Assembly (NCBI GenBank): GCA_963664815.2
Contig: CAXXHB010000002.1
Span: forward strand, 64,001 to 128,000
Length of the DNA stretch: 64,000 nucleotides
Origin: Spirochaetota bacterium
GTDB lineage: Bacteria; Spirochaetota; UBA4802; UBA5550
Reading direction: 5' to 3'
In this document: positions 1 to 8,841 of the stretch, piece by piece
Numbering within the stretch: the stretch's first letter is position 1
Layout of the letters: the number at the start of each line of letters is the position of its first letter
Program-made: the position numbers and the translations under genes
Notes under the pieces: model-generated
Seen by the model: only the letters and a program-made list of their open reading frames with translations
The model's database searches: none
Told to the model about the DNA's origin: nothing

Positions 1-2
1 TC

Positions 3-1952
3 TTTGATTATGCGGAATACGAATATGTAATTAAATTTACCCGTCTTATAGAGAATGATAAATCTGCACTTTACAGAGATTCTGTTCTTTTGAGATCCAG
101 ATCACTTCAAAAGTTAAATCTGTTCAATGAGGCTATTGATGATCTTAAAAAAATTTCATCAGTATATAAAGACCACGAGTCGCTGTCATTAATTTATCTC
201 CGGCTCGGATCAGTTTATGAATCATCAGGTAATTTCTATAATGCTTCCGATTCATATATAAATGTTATAAAAACTGAAAGCGGAATATGGCAAAACAGCA
301 TCGCATCAAAAAGATTAATCTATCTCACCACAGAAAAAAAGGTTATACTTGATTCATCAGAAAAATTTAAATGCTTTGCCTCTGCTCTTTACGATGCCGG
401 TCAATTTAATAAAGCACTCATTATTATCGAAACCATACTTCAAAAAGAACAATCCACTGATATGGAAATTTTAAAACTCAATATTCTTACATTAAAAAAT
501 TACCCGAAAGCCATATTATTTCTTAAAAGCAAAGAAGGGAGTACAGGCTATGAGAAATTGCTCCTTGCTCATGCGAATATTCTGTGGGAACATGGCAGGA
601 GAAAAGAATCTGTAAAAATTTATAATCGTTTAACCTCGACTTCTGATAATCAACTGCTGGAAGGAGTTCTGACGAGATTATCTTTTTATTATGAAGAAAG
701 AAACAAACCTGAATTCATCAGCTACATGGAACTATATATGAAAAAGTTTCCTGAGGAAGTACAGAGCGGACGTTTTTTATGGCTGATAGGCCGCTACTTT
801 GTGAAGATAAATAACAGAGAAAAAGCCTCCGAATATTTTAAAACAGGAATTATGAAATACCCTGATAACTTTTATACATCATACTGCAGGTTCTGGTTGT
901 ATAAAAACAGTTCTACAGAAAAGAAAACCAGGCCTCCGGAAAATCTTGAATTTCTTGAAGAGCTGGCCGTCAATAATCCTGATACTTACCATGCCCTGAC
1001 TTTGCTTAAAGATGAAGCTGATAAATCTGAAACGTCTATACTTACAAAACAATACAAAGAAGCCTTAAAAAATAAAAATAAAAACCGGGCATTACTTTTT
1101 CATACTCTCCTGTTTATAAAAAACGGTTATAATAATTCACATTCTGAAAGATTAAAACAACTTGATAATAGTATAACAACTAAATATACGGAGACTGCCG
1201 GATTATTTAAAAAAACATTTTCTTCTGAAAAATATAATTCCTTCCTTAAAAATATTGAAACATATTTTTACGCCGGAGATATTTACGGAGTAAACAGAGA
1301 GGTTAAGCTTATACCTGAAAATGATGAATCTCAAAAATTTCTAGCATCAGCTTTAACAGTATACTCAGACAAATTCCGATATTATAATTACTCCACTTTC
1401 TACGGATTTAAACTGTTAAAACATCTTAAACTCAAAGAAAATCTTTCTCTGCTTCCTCAGGAATTTGCAGAAGCTCTTTATCCCTACGCATTTTCTGAAT
1501 GTGTTAACGACGAGAGTAAAAAATTTAAAGTTAAACCTGAATTGCTGCTATCGATGATGAAAGCTGAATCAAACTTTAATCATGCTGCAAAATCTCCGGC
1601 AGGAGCCATTGGTATTATGCAGCTGATGCATCCTACTGCAAAAGGAATTTCAAAGGATCTCAGGATTAAAGTATATGATCTTACCAATCCCTGCACATCT
1701 ATTAAATTCGGAGCAAACTACATAACATGGCTGAACAGATATTACAATGGACAGATTGAATATATGGTAGCTGGATACAACGCCGGTGCAGGGAATGTAA
1801 ACAAATGGAAATCATATACTATAAATAAGGATATAGATTATTTTTCTGAATTCAATCCCTTTGATGAAACAAGGGACTATATATTTAAAACAAAAAAATA
1901 TATTATACAGTATGAATCGATTTATAAAAATCAGGAAAAACAGCTGAAATAA
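3..1952 (+). CDS. TPR-repeat soluble lytic transglycosylase (Slt family), 5'-partial
   Basis: C-terminal SLT motifs MKAESNF, GAIGIMQLM and AGYNAGAG after helical TPR-like repeats. The frame is open from position 3, so the gene starts before the window. Confidence 0.85.
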   Translation, partial: FDYAEYEYVIKFTRLIENDKSALYRDSVLLRSRSLQKLNLFNEAIDDLKKISSVYKDHESLSLIYLRLGSVYESSGNFYNASDSYINVIKTESGIWQNSIASKRLIYLTTEKKVILDSSEKFKCFASALYDAGQFNKALIIIETILQKEQSTDMEILKLNILTLKNYPKAILFLKSKEGSTGYEKLLLAHANILWEHGRRKESVKIYNRLTSTSDNQLLEGVLTRLSFYYEERNKPEFISYMELYMKKFPEEVQSGRFLWLIGRYFVKINNREKASEYFKTGIMKYPDNFYTSYCRFWLYKNSSTEKKTRPPENLEFLEELAVNNPDTYHALTLLKDEADKSETSILTKQYKEALKNKNKNRALLFHTLLFIKNGYNNSHSERLKQLDNSITTKYTETAGLFKKTFSSEKYNSFLKNIETYFYAGDIYGVNREVKLIPENDESQKFLASALTVYSDKFRYYNYSTFYGFKLLKHLKLKENLSLLPQEFAEALYPYAFSECVNDESKKFKVKPELLLSMMKAESNFNHAAKSPAGAIGIMQLMHPTAKGISKDLRIKVYDLTNPCTSIKFGANYITWLNRYYNGQIEYMVAGYNAGAGNVNKWKSYTINKDIDYFSEFNPFDETRDYIFKTKKYIIQYESIYKNQEKQLK

Positions 1953-2045
1953 TAACTTTTATTCTGCAGAATAGATATCTTATAATTGTTTTTTAAAAAG
2001 GTTCAGGAATAAATATTGAAAAATAAATATATTTAATACCGTATA

Positions 2046-2756
2046 GTGAACATGAGAAAATCTATCAGACATATTCTTCCAATCATTATTTCTTTGTTTT
2101 TTTTACAATCTATTATCAATGCTGAAAACCTTAACATAGGTAAAATTGTAAAAAAAAACGGATACATAATGAAAACAAATATCAACTGTGAAACAGATAA
2201 CTGCAATCAGGATAATATTCTCATACATCCCGGAGACAGAATTTTAACCGGTAAAAAATCAGAAGTATATATTCTGTTGAACGATGGAACTGCACTGGAA
2301 ATATTGGAAAAGTCTGACATCATTATATTCAGCATTGTTGATAAAAAGAATAAAACACTGACAAATATATTTTCAGATTATGGTAAATTTAAAATAATAC
2401 AGCAGAATGATTATTTAGAAACATCCCTTGTTTTTAAAACAAAGACTTCTATTATTAAATCTGTTTGTTCAACATATAATCTTATTGCTTCAGAAACTGA
2501 AACCGGTATTTTTGTTTATAAGGGTGAAGCTGGATTTGCAAATATTGATCCTTCTATAGTGGAAGCCTATATTATTAAAAGCGGATTTGAATCATATATG
2601 AAAAAAAATTCACTCCCTCTGCATCCACAATCAGTTACTGTTTCTCTCAGATCCGCATGGCTTTCAAGGCAATTTTTAACAGATAAAAATGATCGTATAA
2701 TCATTTATAAAAATAAAAAAGGTCCTGCAGACTGGCCTTTTATTGAAAAAAAATAA
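2046..2756 (+). CDS. Secreted FecR-domain (LipL45-like) protein
   Basis: Signal peptide, then FecR-like beta pattern GDRILTGKKSEVYILLNDGT...T.IFVYKGEA. Confidence 0.6.
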   Translation: MNMRKSIRHILPIIISLFFLQSIINAENLNIGKIVKKNGYIMKTNINCETDNCNQDNILIHPGDRILTGKKSEVYILLNDGTALEILEKSDIIIFSIVDKKNKTLTNIFSDYGKFKIIQQNDYLETSLVFKTKTSIIKSVCSTYNLIASETETGIFVYKGEAGFANIDPSIVEAYIIKSGFESYMKKNSLPLHPQSVTVSLRSAWLSRQFLTDKNDRIIIYKNKKGPADWPFIEKK

Positions 2757-3570
2757 TAAACATATGTCTCAAAAAAAGATAACATTACTTTCAAATTATA
2801 TATTAATACTTTTTTTAATATTATTCCTTTCTAAATGCGGCAATAACAATCTTCTTGTAACCGATCCTGCAGCTCAGGAAATTACTATTGCGTTTAACAA
2901 CTATTATTCAGAGGATTGGGAGACCAGACTTAATTCAATAAAAGTAGCCGCCAAATATTCAAACACAGTTCATGCTAAAAACTCCCTGTTGTTATTATTA
3001 AAAGCCATTAATGATTCTCACTCCGAAATCAAAATAGAAGCCCTTAAAATTCTGAAGAAGATGAAAGCTCCTGCTGTTGAAGACAAAATAGGTGTGTTGG
3101 CCCTTTCAGATGCGAATCCAAATGTAAGAGTTTTTGCACTTTTAGCTCTTGAAGAATATGGAAATATAAAAAATGAAGATATATTTATTAAAAGCCTGGA
3201 TGATAAAGACTGGCTTATACAGGAAACTTCACTGGCAGGTTTAATGAAAATAAATGACCCGGAAATACAGACCAAACATCTTGATATAATTATAAGATCG
3301 ATAAACAGCAAAAACACTTCAATAAGACTTACTGCCCTATCAAATATTAATATAAGAAATCCGTTGATTTATTCGGAATTATCAAGAATTATTAATAATA
3401 AAAAAAGCGGCCTTTCCATTTTAAAAGCCGCATTGTTGAAAATAAAAGGTTATAAACTTGATAACAAAACAAAAACGAGAATTATTGAGTTACTCACACA
3501 CAGCGATAAAGACATAAGGCTTTTATCTTTCTATGTGCTTAAACAGGAAGAACCGGCCATTGATAAATAA
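2743..3570 (+). CDS. HEAT-repeat lipoprotein
   Basis: Hydrophobic stretch and lipobox LSKC; repeated D..(W/P).VR..A..AL HEAT/PBS-like units. Start may be ATG 2764. Confidence 0.65.
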   Translation: MKKNNKHMSQKKITLLSNYILILFLILFLSKCGNNNLLVTDPAAQEITIAFNNYYSEDWETRLNSIKVAAKYSNTVHAKNSLLLLLKAINDSHSEIKIEALKILKKMKAPAVEDKIGVLALSDANPNVRVFALLALEEYGNIKNEDIFIKSLDDKDWLIQETSLAGLMKINDPEIQTKHLDIIIRSINSKNTSIRLTALSNINIRNPLIYSELSRIINNKKSGLSILKAALLKIKGYKLDNKTKTRIIELLTHSDKDIRLLSFYVLKQEEPAIDK

Positions 3571-3571
3571 A

Positions 3572-4336
3572 TCAGACTTTTTTCTCCATTGATGTATAGA
3601 CTTTATTTTTATTATCCTGCAGATCTTTTTTATAATCATCTTTGTAGTCTTCTTTAATCATTTTATCAAACAGCTGATCTTTCAGACCTTTATCTTTATT
3701 TTTATCCGGATCAAGTTTCATTGATTCAATATATGACTGGTACATAAGAAAGAGATTCTGTTTTGCCAGTCTGTAATAATAAATGGATGTAATCAGTCGT
3801 TGAGCTGAAGTTGAGTTGTTCTCGCCTGTATATTTATAATCGTCAAGTATTGATGTTGCTCTTTTTTGAGCAGATTTTGCATTGTCAATATATTTATCCA
3901 ATACTCCATCCCGCGGTTTGCCCTCAATTTCCTGCTGCAATGAGATCTGAATATTTCTTTTAATACTTTTAGTTAAAAAACGGGATGTATCTTTATTGTA
4001 ATCTGTGACGATTTTTTTAGCAATCTTGAAAATCTCTCTCTCATTTTCACTGAATTTTTCAGCAGACTCTTCTACTTTATCTTCAAAATAAAGAGCTGTC
4101 GCATCAGCATACTGATCGATTAATCTCTGAATTTCAGCTTCTCCACCTCCATAATTCATGATTGCTGAACGAAGAAGTTTAATATTTTTAAAATTTTCAT
4201 AACTTAGTCTTTTAATAAGAGAAACAGGATTATATTGCTGATTAAACTTTTTCTCAGTATTTTGAGAATATCCGACTACTGGTATAAGAAAAAATACTAT
4301 AACAACAAATAATGCTGAAAACCGCCTTCTAAACAT
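3572..4336 (-). CDS. Secreted helical protein, possibly distant Leptospira OmpL37-like
   Basis: 254-aa ORF with signal peptide (VGYS-Q) and GGGG SD; helical. The OmpL37 resemblance is by eye only. Confidence 0.55.
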   Translation of the reverse strand: MFRRRFSALFVVIVFFLIPVVGYSQNTEKKFNQQYNPVSLIKRLSYENFKNIKLLRSAIMNYGGGEAEIQRLIDQYADATALYFEDKVEESAEKFSENEREIFKIAKKIVTDYNKDTSRFLTKSIKRNIQISLQQEIEGKPRDGVLDKYIDNAKSAQKRATSILDDYKYTGENNSTSAQRLITSIYYYRLAKQNLFLMYQSYIESMKLDPDKNKDKGLKDQLFDKMIKEDYKDDYKKDLQDNKNKVYTSMEKKV

Positions 4337-4570
4337 AAAAAAACCCCCGAATGCTATTTAAAAAAATAATGAAAAACTTTTTATTGAATTAAAATTATAA
4401 TACTTACTGAATGGATAAAGTCAAGAAAAAATGACCCATCCTCCATTAAAATAGTGGCAGGTTAATAATATAAATTATATTAATTAAAATTAATACGTGC
4501 GAGTGTGAGTAATATATTATAATGAGATAATTGAGAAGATATCTTTTACTGAAGTCAACAGTCAAATTAT

Positions 4571-5206
4571 CTAATTGTTTTTCTGAATTTTCCGGTGATC
4601 AATATGAATCGCTTTTACCTGTCTCTTCTTTATCTTTGGTGCACCTTCCGGATTATACTTTTCCTGAACTTCTTCAATATTACTGGTTACAAGCATTCTG
4701 ACTGCCTGCTCCGCTTTGTTTAATATATCTATGAGAAGAAGGTTTTCTTCAAAAGTAAAATCCTGTAAAAGATAATCTTCCATTGACGTTCCTTCCGGAC
4801 ACTCTCCAACTCCAACTCTTACTTTAGCAAATTTTTCTGATTTAAGGGCAACAGCCATTGAATCAACACCAGCATGATTAAGATCAGACTGAAGATAATC
4901 TATACGAAGTTCACCAAGATCCAGCGAAGAATCTTCAACTATACAGATTATATCTTTAACATTTATTCTGAGAAACGATGCTATGTAGAGAACCGACTCT
5001 CCAATAAGAGTTACAAAAGTCTGAGGTTTAAGAAGTACTACGTCATTTTTCTGTATTTTTCCGCGGCCGATTATAGATTTTTTCTTTTTAATCCTGACTT
5101 CAATATTTTCATTATTAGCCAGAATATCGATAACTTTAAAACCGATATTCTGCCTGTTATTTGCAAATCGCTCGCCCGGATTACCGAAACCTACTATTAA
5201 TTTCAA
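4571..5206 (-). CDS. pth: Peptidyl-tRNA hydrolase homologue with degenerate active site
   Basis: KLIVGFGNPG, NIGF, LLKPQT and RVGVG motifs; canonical position after prs-rplY; TTG start. Confidence 0.85.
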   Translation of the reverse strand: MKLIVGFGNPGERFANNRQNIGFKVIDILANNENIEVRIKKKKSIIGRGKIQKNDVVLLKPQTFVTLIGESVLYIASFLRINVKDIICIVEDSSLDLGELRIDYLQSDLNHAGVDSMAVALKSEKFAKVRVGVGECPEGTSMEDYLLQDFTFEENLLLIDILNKAEQAVRMLVTSNIEEVQEKYNPEGAPKIKKRQVKAIHIDHRKIQKNN

Positions 5207-5303
5207 TAAATTTACCCCTTTTAAAAAACTTACGGCCGACTTTTATATGACACTTCACCGGCATTAAAGTTTCATAAAAAATTTTTATTCCCGGGCGTAA
5301 TAA

Positions 5304-5921
5304 TTACTCCTTCCCGGATTCTTCTGCTGCAACATCCTTTTCTGGTGTTTCAGTTTCTTCGCTTACAGCTTTTGGTTTCTCTACCGCGACAATTACATTA
5401 TTAGAAGCTGTCAGAATTTCAAAACCGTCTCCAAGTTCAATATCGCTAACATGTATATAATCTCCAGGCAACATTTTAGAGATATCAACTGTTATCTTTT
5501 CAGGAAGATTATTCGGAAGACAATGTATCATCAGTTCTCTTTCACCATACTTAAGAACTCCGCCCAATTTTATCCCTGCCGGTATTCCGATCAGTTCAAC
5601 AGGAACATGAGTTTTTATCTTTTCACTTTTTGTTACTTTAAAAAGATCGAGATGTATAATTCGTCCTGTAACAGGATCTCTCTGAAAATCCTTTACAAAT
5701 GCCATTAAATCCGGTTCTCCCTCAACTTGAAGATCAAAAATTACACTTTCAGAAATGTGACCTTTGAAAAGATTTGTGAATTCTTTTTCCTGTATTTTTA
5801 TTACTTCAGATTTACCATGTGAATATACAACAGCAGGAATAAAGCCTTCACTCCTTAATCTGTTGCAATTATTTTTCCCGGTGTTGCTTCTTGATACGGC
5901 TGTTAAAGATTTTGCGTTCAT
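5304..5921 (-). CDS. rplY: 50S ribosomal protein bL25/Ctc
   Basis: RLRSEGFIPAVVY, Q.DPV..IIHLD, VPVEL.G...G.K.GG motifs. Confidence 0.95.
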   Translation of the reverse strand: MNAKSLTAVSRSNTGKNNCNRLRSEGFIPAVVYSHGKSEVIKIQEKEFTNLFKGHISESVIFDLQVEGEPDLMAFVKDFQRDPVTGRIIHLDLFKVTKSEKIKTHVPVELIGIPAGIKLGGVLKYGERELMIHCLPNNLPEKITVDISKMLPGDYIHVSDIELGDGFEILTASNNVIVAVEKPKAVSEETETPEKDVAAEESGKE

Positions 5922-5978
5922 TTAATTTACCCCTTGTTTAAAACTACTATTATTACTATTATTATAAATCTATTTTAA

Positions 5979-6920
5979 TCAAATAAAAAGAGAACTTACA
6001 GATTCTCCATTATGAATTCTCCTGATAGCTTCCCCAAATAATGGAGCAATTGAAAGAACCTTCATATTATGAAGTCTTTTCTCATCGGGAAGAGGTATAG
6101 AGTTTGTAAAAATTATCTCTTTAAATCCTGCCTTATTTAAATTTTCCACGGCATTATCCGAAAGAACGGGATGAGAGAAAAGGCAATAAACATCTTTTGA
6201 TCCTCTCTCCTTTAAAGCGTCAGCCGCTTTTGAAATTGATCCGGCTGTATCAGCAATATCATCAATCAGTATGCAGTTCTTCCCTGAAACCTCTCCAATA
6301 ACATTCATTACATCAGAAATATTCGCTTCCGGTCTTCTTTTGTCGATAATTGCAAGACTGGTATCCATCTTCTTTGCAAGAAACCTTGCCCGGTCAACTC
6401 CCCCTGCATCTGGTGAAACAACAACTACATTATCAATATGCAGACTCATCAGATACTCAATGGCAATCGGTGTCGCATAAAGATTATCAACAGGGATATC
6501 AAAAAAACCCTGTATCTGATCTGCATGAAGATCCATTGTCAAAACCCTGTCAGCGCCTGTTACCTGAATAATGTTTGATACGACCTTCGCCGATATTGGC
6601 ACTCTCGGTTCAACTTTTCTGTCCTGTCTTGCATATCCGAAATATGGAATTACAGCCGTTATTCTTGAAGCCGAAGCCCTTACTGCCGCATCGATGATAA
6701 GCAACAGTTCCATTATATTATCATTTGAAGGATTGCAGGTAGACTGAATTATAAAAACATCATGAGCTCTGACATTATCCTTTATTTTAACAGATATTTC
6801 ACCATCTTTAAATCTTTTTAAATCTATACCTGAAAGTTCCGTTCCAAGATAGCGCGCGATTTCAGAAGCAAGGGCATTATTGGACGAACCGGAAAATATT
6901 TTTAATGGATTATTATTCAT
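5979..6920 (-). CDS. prs: Ribose-phosphate pyrophosphokinase
   Basis: PYFGYARQDRK, DLHADQIQGFF, VSPDAGG, IDDIADTAGS motifs. Confidence 0.97.
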   Translation of the reverse strand: MNNNPLKIFSGSSNNALASEIARYLGTELSGIDLKRFKDGEISVKIKDNVRAHDVFIIQSTCNPSNDNIMELLLIIDAAVRASASRITAVIPYFGYARQDRKVEPRVPISAKVVSNIIQVTGADRVLTMDLHADQIQGFFDIPVDNLYATPIAIEYLMSLHIDNVVVVSPDAGGVDRARFLAKKMDTSLAIIDKRRPEANISDVMNVIGEVSGKNCILIDDIADTAGSISKAADALKERGSKDVYCLFSHPVLSDNAVENLNKAGFKEIIFTNSIPLPDEKRLHNMKVLSIAPLFGEAIRRIHNGESVSSLFI

Positions 6921-7662
6921 GAAACTTATCCTTATTTTGCTTCAAAACATGCTGCTCAAGAAATAACAGTTCTTCTCTGGTATTTATCCCTCTGCCTTCA
7001 ATTGAATCCTGCATTGGAATAGTCTTTACATTCAAACCTGCATTTATAATATAGATCAGTGCATCGGGAAGATAATATTCACCCTGTGCATTTTCAGTAT
7101 TTATACTTTCTAATCCTTTAAACAGATACTTACTCTTGAAAATATAAGTTCCGCTGTTTACTTCTTTTATTTTCCGCTGCTCGTCATTTGCATCTTTTTC
7201 TTCAACAATTCTGACAAATTTCTCATTTGTCTTAACAATCCTCCCGTAACCAGCCGGATTTTCCTGAATCATTGAAAGAACGACAGCTCCTGTTTCATCA
7301 TCTTCTGCTGAATTTATTAATGCCTGAAATGTTTCAGGTTTTATTAAGGGTACATCTCCACATGCTATTATTACGTTGCCATCATATTCTTTAAAGTATT
7401 CTTCAGCCTGCATAACTGCATGTCCAGTCCCAAGCTGTTCATGCTGCCAGACATATTTAACCCTGCTCCCGAGTCTATCAATTACTTCATCTCCCCTGTA
7501 TCCTACTACCACAAGAATATCGCTGATTCCTGCAGAATTCAGGCTATCCACAACATGTTCTATTAAAGATTTTCCACATAGCGGATGAAGTACTTTCGGC
7601 AGATCGGATTTCATCCGAACTCCTTTCCCTCCGGCGAGGACAATTGAAGAGATTTTTTTGAT
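6913..7662 (-). CDS. glmU: UDP-GlcNAc pyrophosphorylase (GlmU N-terminal domain only)
   Basis: IVLAGGKGVRMKS..PKVLH, EQLGTGHAV, GYGRIV, NAQGEYYL. The signature motif lies upstream of the first ATG (7614). In-frame TAG at 7668-7666; AGGAG SD is 7 nt before ATC 7662. Confidence 0.85.
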   Translation of the reverse strand: MKKISSIVLAGGKGVRMKSDLPKVLHPLCGKSLIEHVVDSLNSAGISDILVVVGYRGDEVIDRLGSRVKYVWQHEQLGTGHAVMQAEEYFKEYDGNVIIACGDVPLIKPETFQALINSAEDDETGAVVLSMIQENPAGYGRIVKTNEKFVRIVEEKDANDEQRKIKEVNSGTYIFKSKYLFKGLESINTENAQGEYYLPDALIYIINAGLNVKTIPMQDSIEGRGINTREELLFLEQHVLKQNKDKFHE

Positions 7663-7686
7663 TATCTATCTCCTAATTGACAGAAT

Positions 7687-7757
7687 CTGAGGCGCAAGGA
7701 TTCGAACCTTGGATGCCGAGACCAAAACCCGGAGCCTTACCACTTGGCGACGCCTCA
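7687..7757 (-). tRNA. tRNA-Gln(UUG), CCA not encoded
   Basis: Minus strand TGAGGCG...CGCCTCA-G acceptor stem, D-loop AAGTGGTAA, anticodon arm CCGGG-TTTTGGT-CTCGG, T-loop GGTTCGAATCC; typical ispE-tRNA-Gln-prs context. Confidence 0.95.
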
Positions 7758-7828
7758 ATAGCTTTAAATATTTTACGCCAATAAAAACTATCGACACATT
7801 TCTCAATATACACTATGAATGTCAATCA

Positions 7829-8779
7829 TTAATTATTAATGACCCGGAATTTAGTAGAATACACTTTATTGCCCTCAAGTTCAAGTCTTTTTTGTACATT
7901 TTCAGCAGAATCTTCATCTTTAAACATGCCAAAAACTGTTGATCCTGATCCAGTCATCATAGCAAAAAATGCACCGTTTTGATACATTTTTTCTTTTATA
8001 AGTCCAACTTGAGGATAAATCCTGAAAATTGATTCTTCAAAATCGTTTTTAAATGATTCTCTCCATTCCGATTTTAATAGTATTCTTTCCCTGATATTTT
8101 TTTTCTTTTCACTGCAATCAACAATTATATCTTGTTCAGATTTATTCAACGATTTATAAGCAAATCCAGTATCTATATGTATTCCATTATTAACCAGAAT
8201 TATATAACTTTCATCGCTGAAATCCATCCGGTCAACACTCTCTCCTCTCCCCTCAACAAAAGCAAATCCCCCTTTAAGAAAAAAAGGGACATCCGATCCT
8301 GTTGAATATGCAGCATTATAAAGATCATACTTCCCCCCTCTGTCAACAATCATAGAAACAATCTTTAATGCAGATGCAGCATTACTGCTCCCTCCACCAA
8401 GTCCTGCTCCGGCCGGAATATTCTTTTTTAAACTGAAAACAAAATGCCCCCCCATTCCTACATCATTCATATACTTCTTCACTGCTATTGTAATCAGATT
8501 TTTCTCTACAGGTATTTCTTTCAGAACAGATGAAGATTCTCCGCCATCATTTATAATTTCAATAATAACTTCTCCAGGCTTTTGGAATAAAGTATATTCC
8601 TCAAGCTTCAGGAGATCATAAAGTTCCAGCTCAGCCATAAGACTGAAGAGATTGTGATAATTGTCGCTTCTCCTGTTTAATACTTCCAGGTGAAGATTGA
8701 TTTTTGCATATGATTTAATAATGTACACCTTTTTAAACAGATATTTATTTAATGTTTTTCCTGACATGAACAACAACAT
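7829..8779 (-). CDS. ispE: 4-diphosphocytidyl-2-C-methyl-D-erythritol kinase
   Basis: AKINLHL, KNIPAGAGLGGGSSNAA, GSDVPFF, NDFE, MTGSGSTVFG. True start is probably downstream of 8779. Confidence 0.95.
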   Translation of the reverse strand: MLLFMSGKTLNKYLFKKVYIIKSYAKINLHLEVLNRRSDNYHNLFSLMAELELYDLLKLEEYTLFQKPGEVIIEIINDGGESSSVLKEIPVEKNLITIAVKKYMNDVGMGGHFVFSLKKNIPAGAGLGGGSSNAASALKIVSMIVDRGGKYDLYNAAYSTGSDVPFFLKGGFAFVEGRGESVDRMDFSDESYIILVNNGIHIDTGFAYKSLNKSEQDIIVDCSEKKKNIRERILLKSEWRESFKNDFEESIFRIYPQVGLIKEKMYQNGAFFAMMTGSGSTVFGMFKDEDSAENVQKRLELEGNKVYSTKFRVINN

Positions 8780-8841
8780 TTTAATTCTTTTAAGGAGATA
8801 TGTAAAAACTGAGTTTTTACATATCTCCTTAAATATTTAAC

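Noticed and set aside
7709-7942. 77-aa plus-strand ORF
   Set aside because: Antisense to tRNA-Gln and the end of ispE; no coding features.
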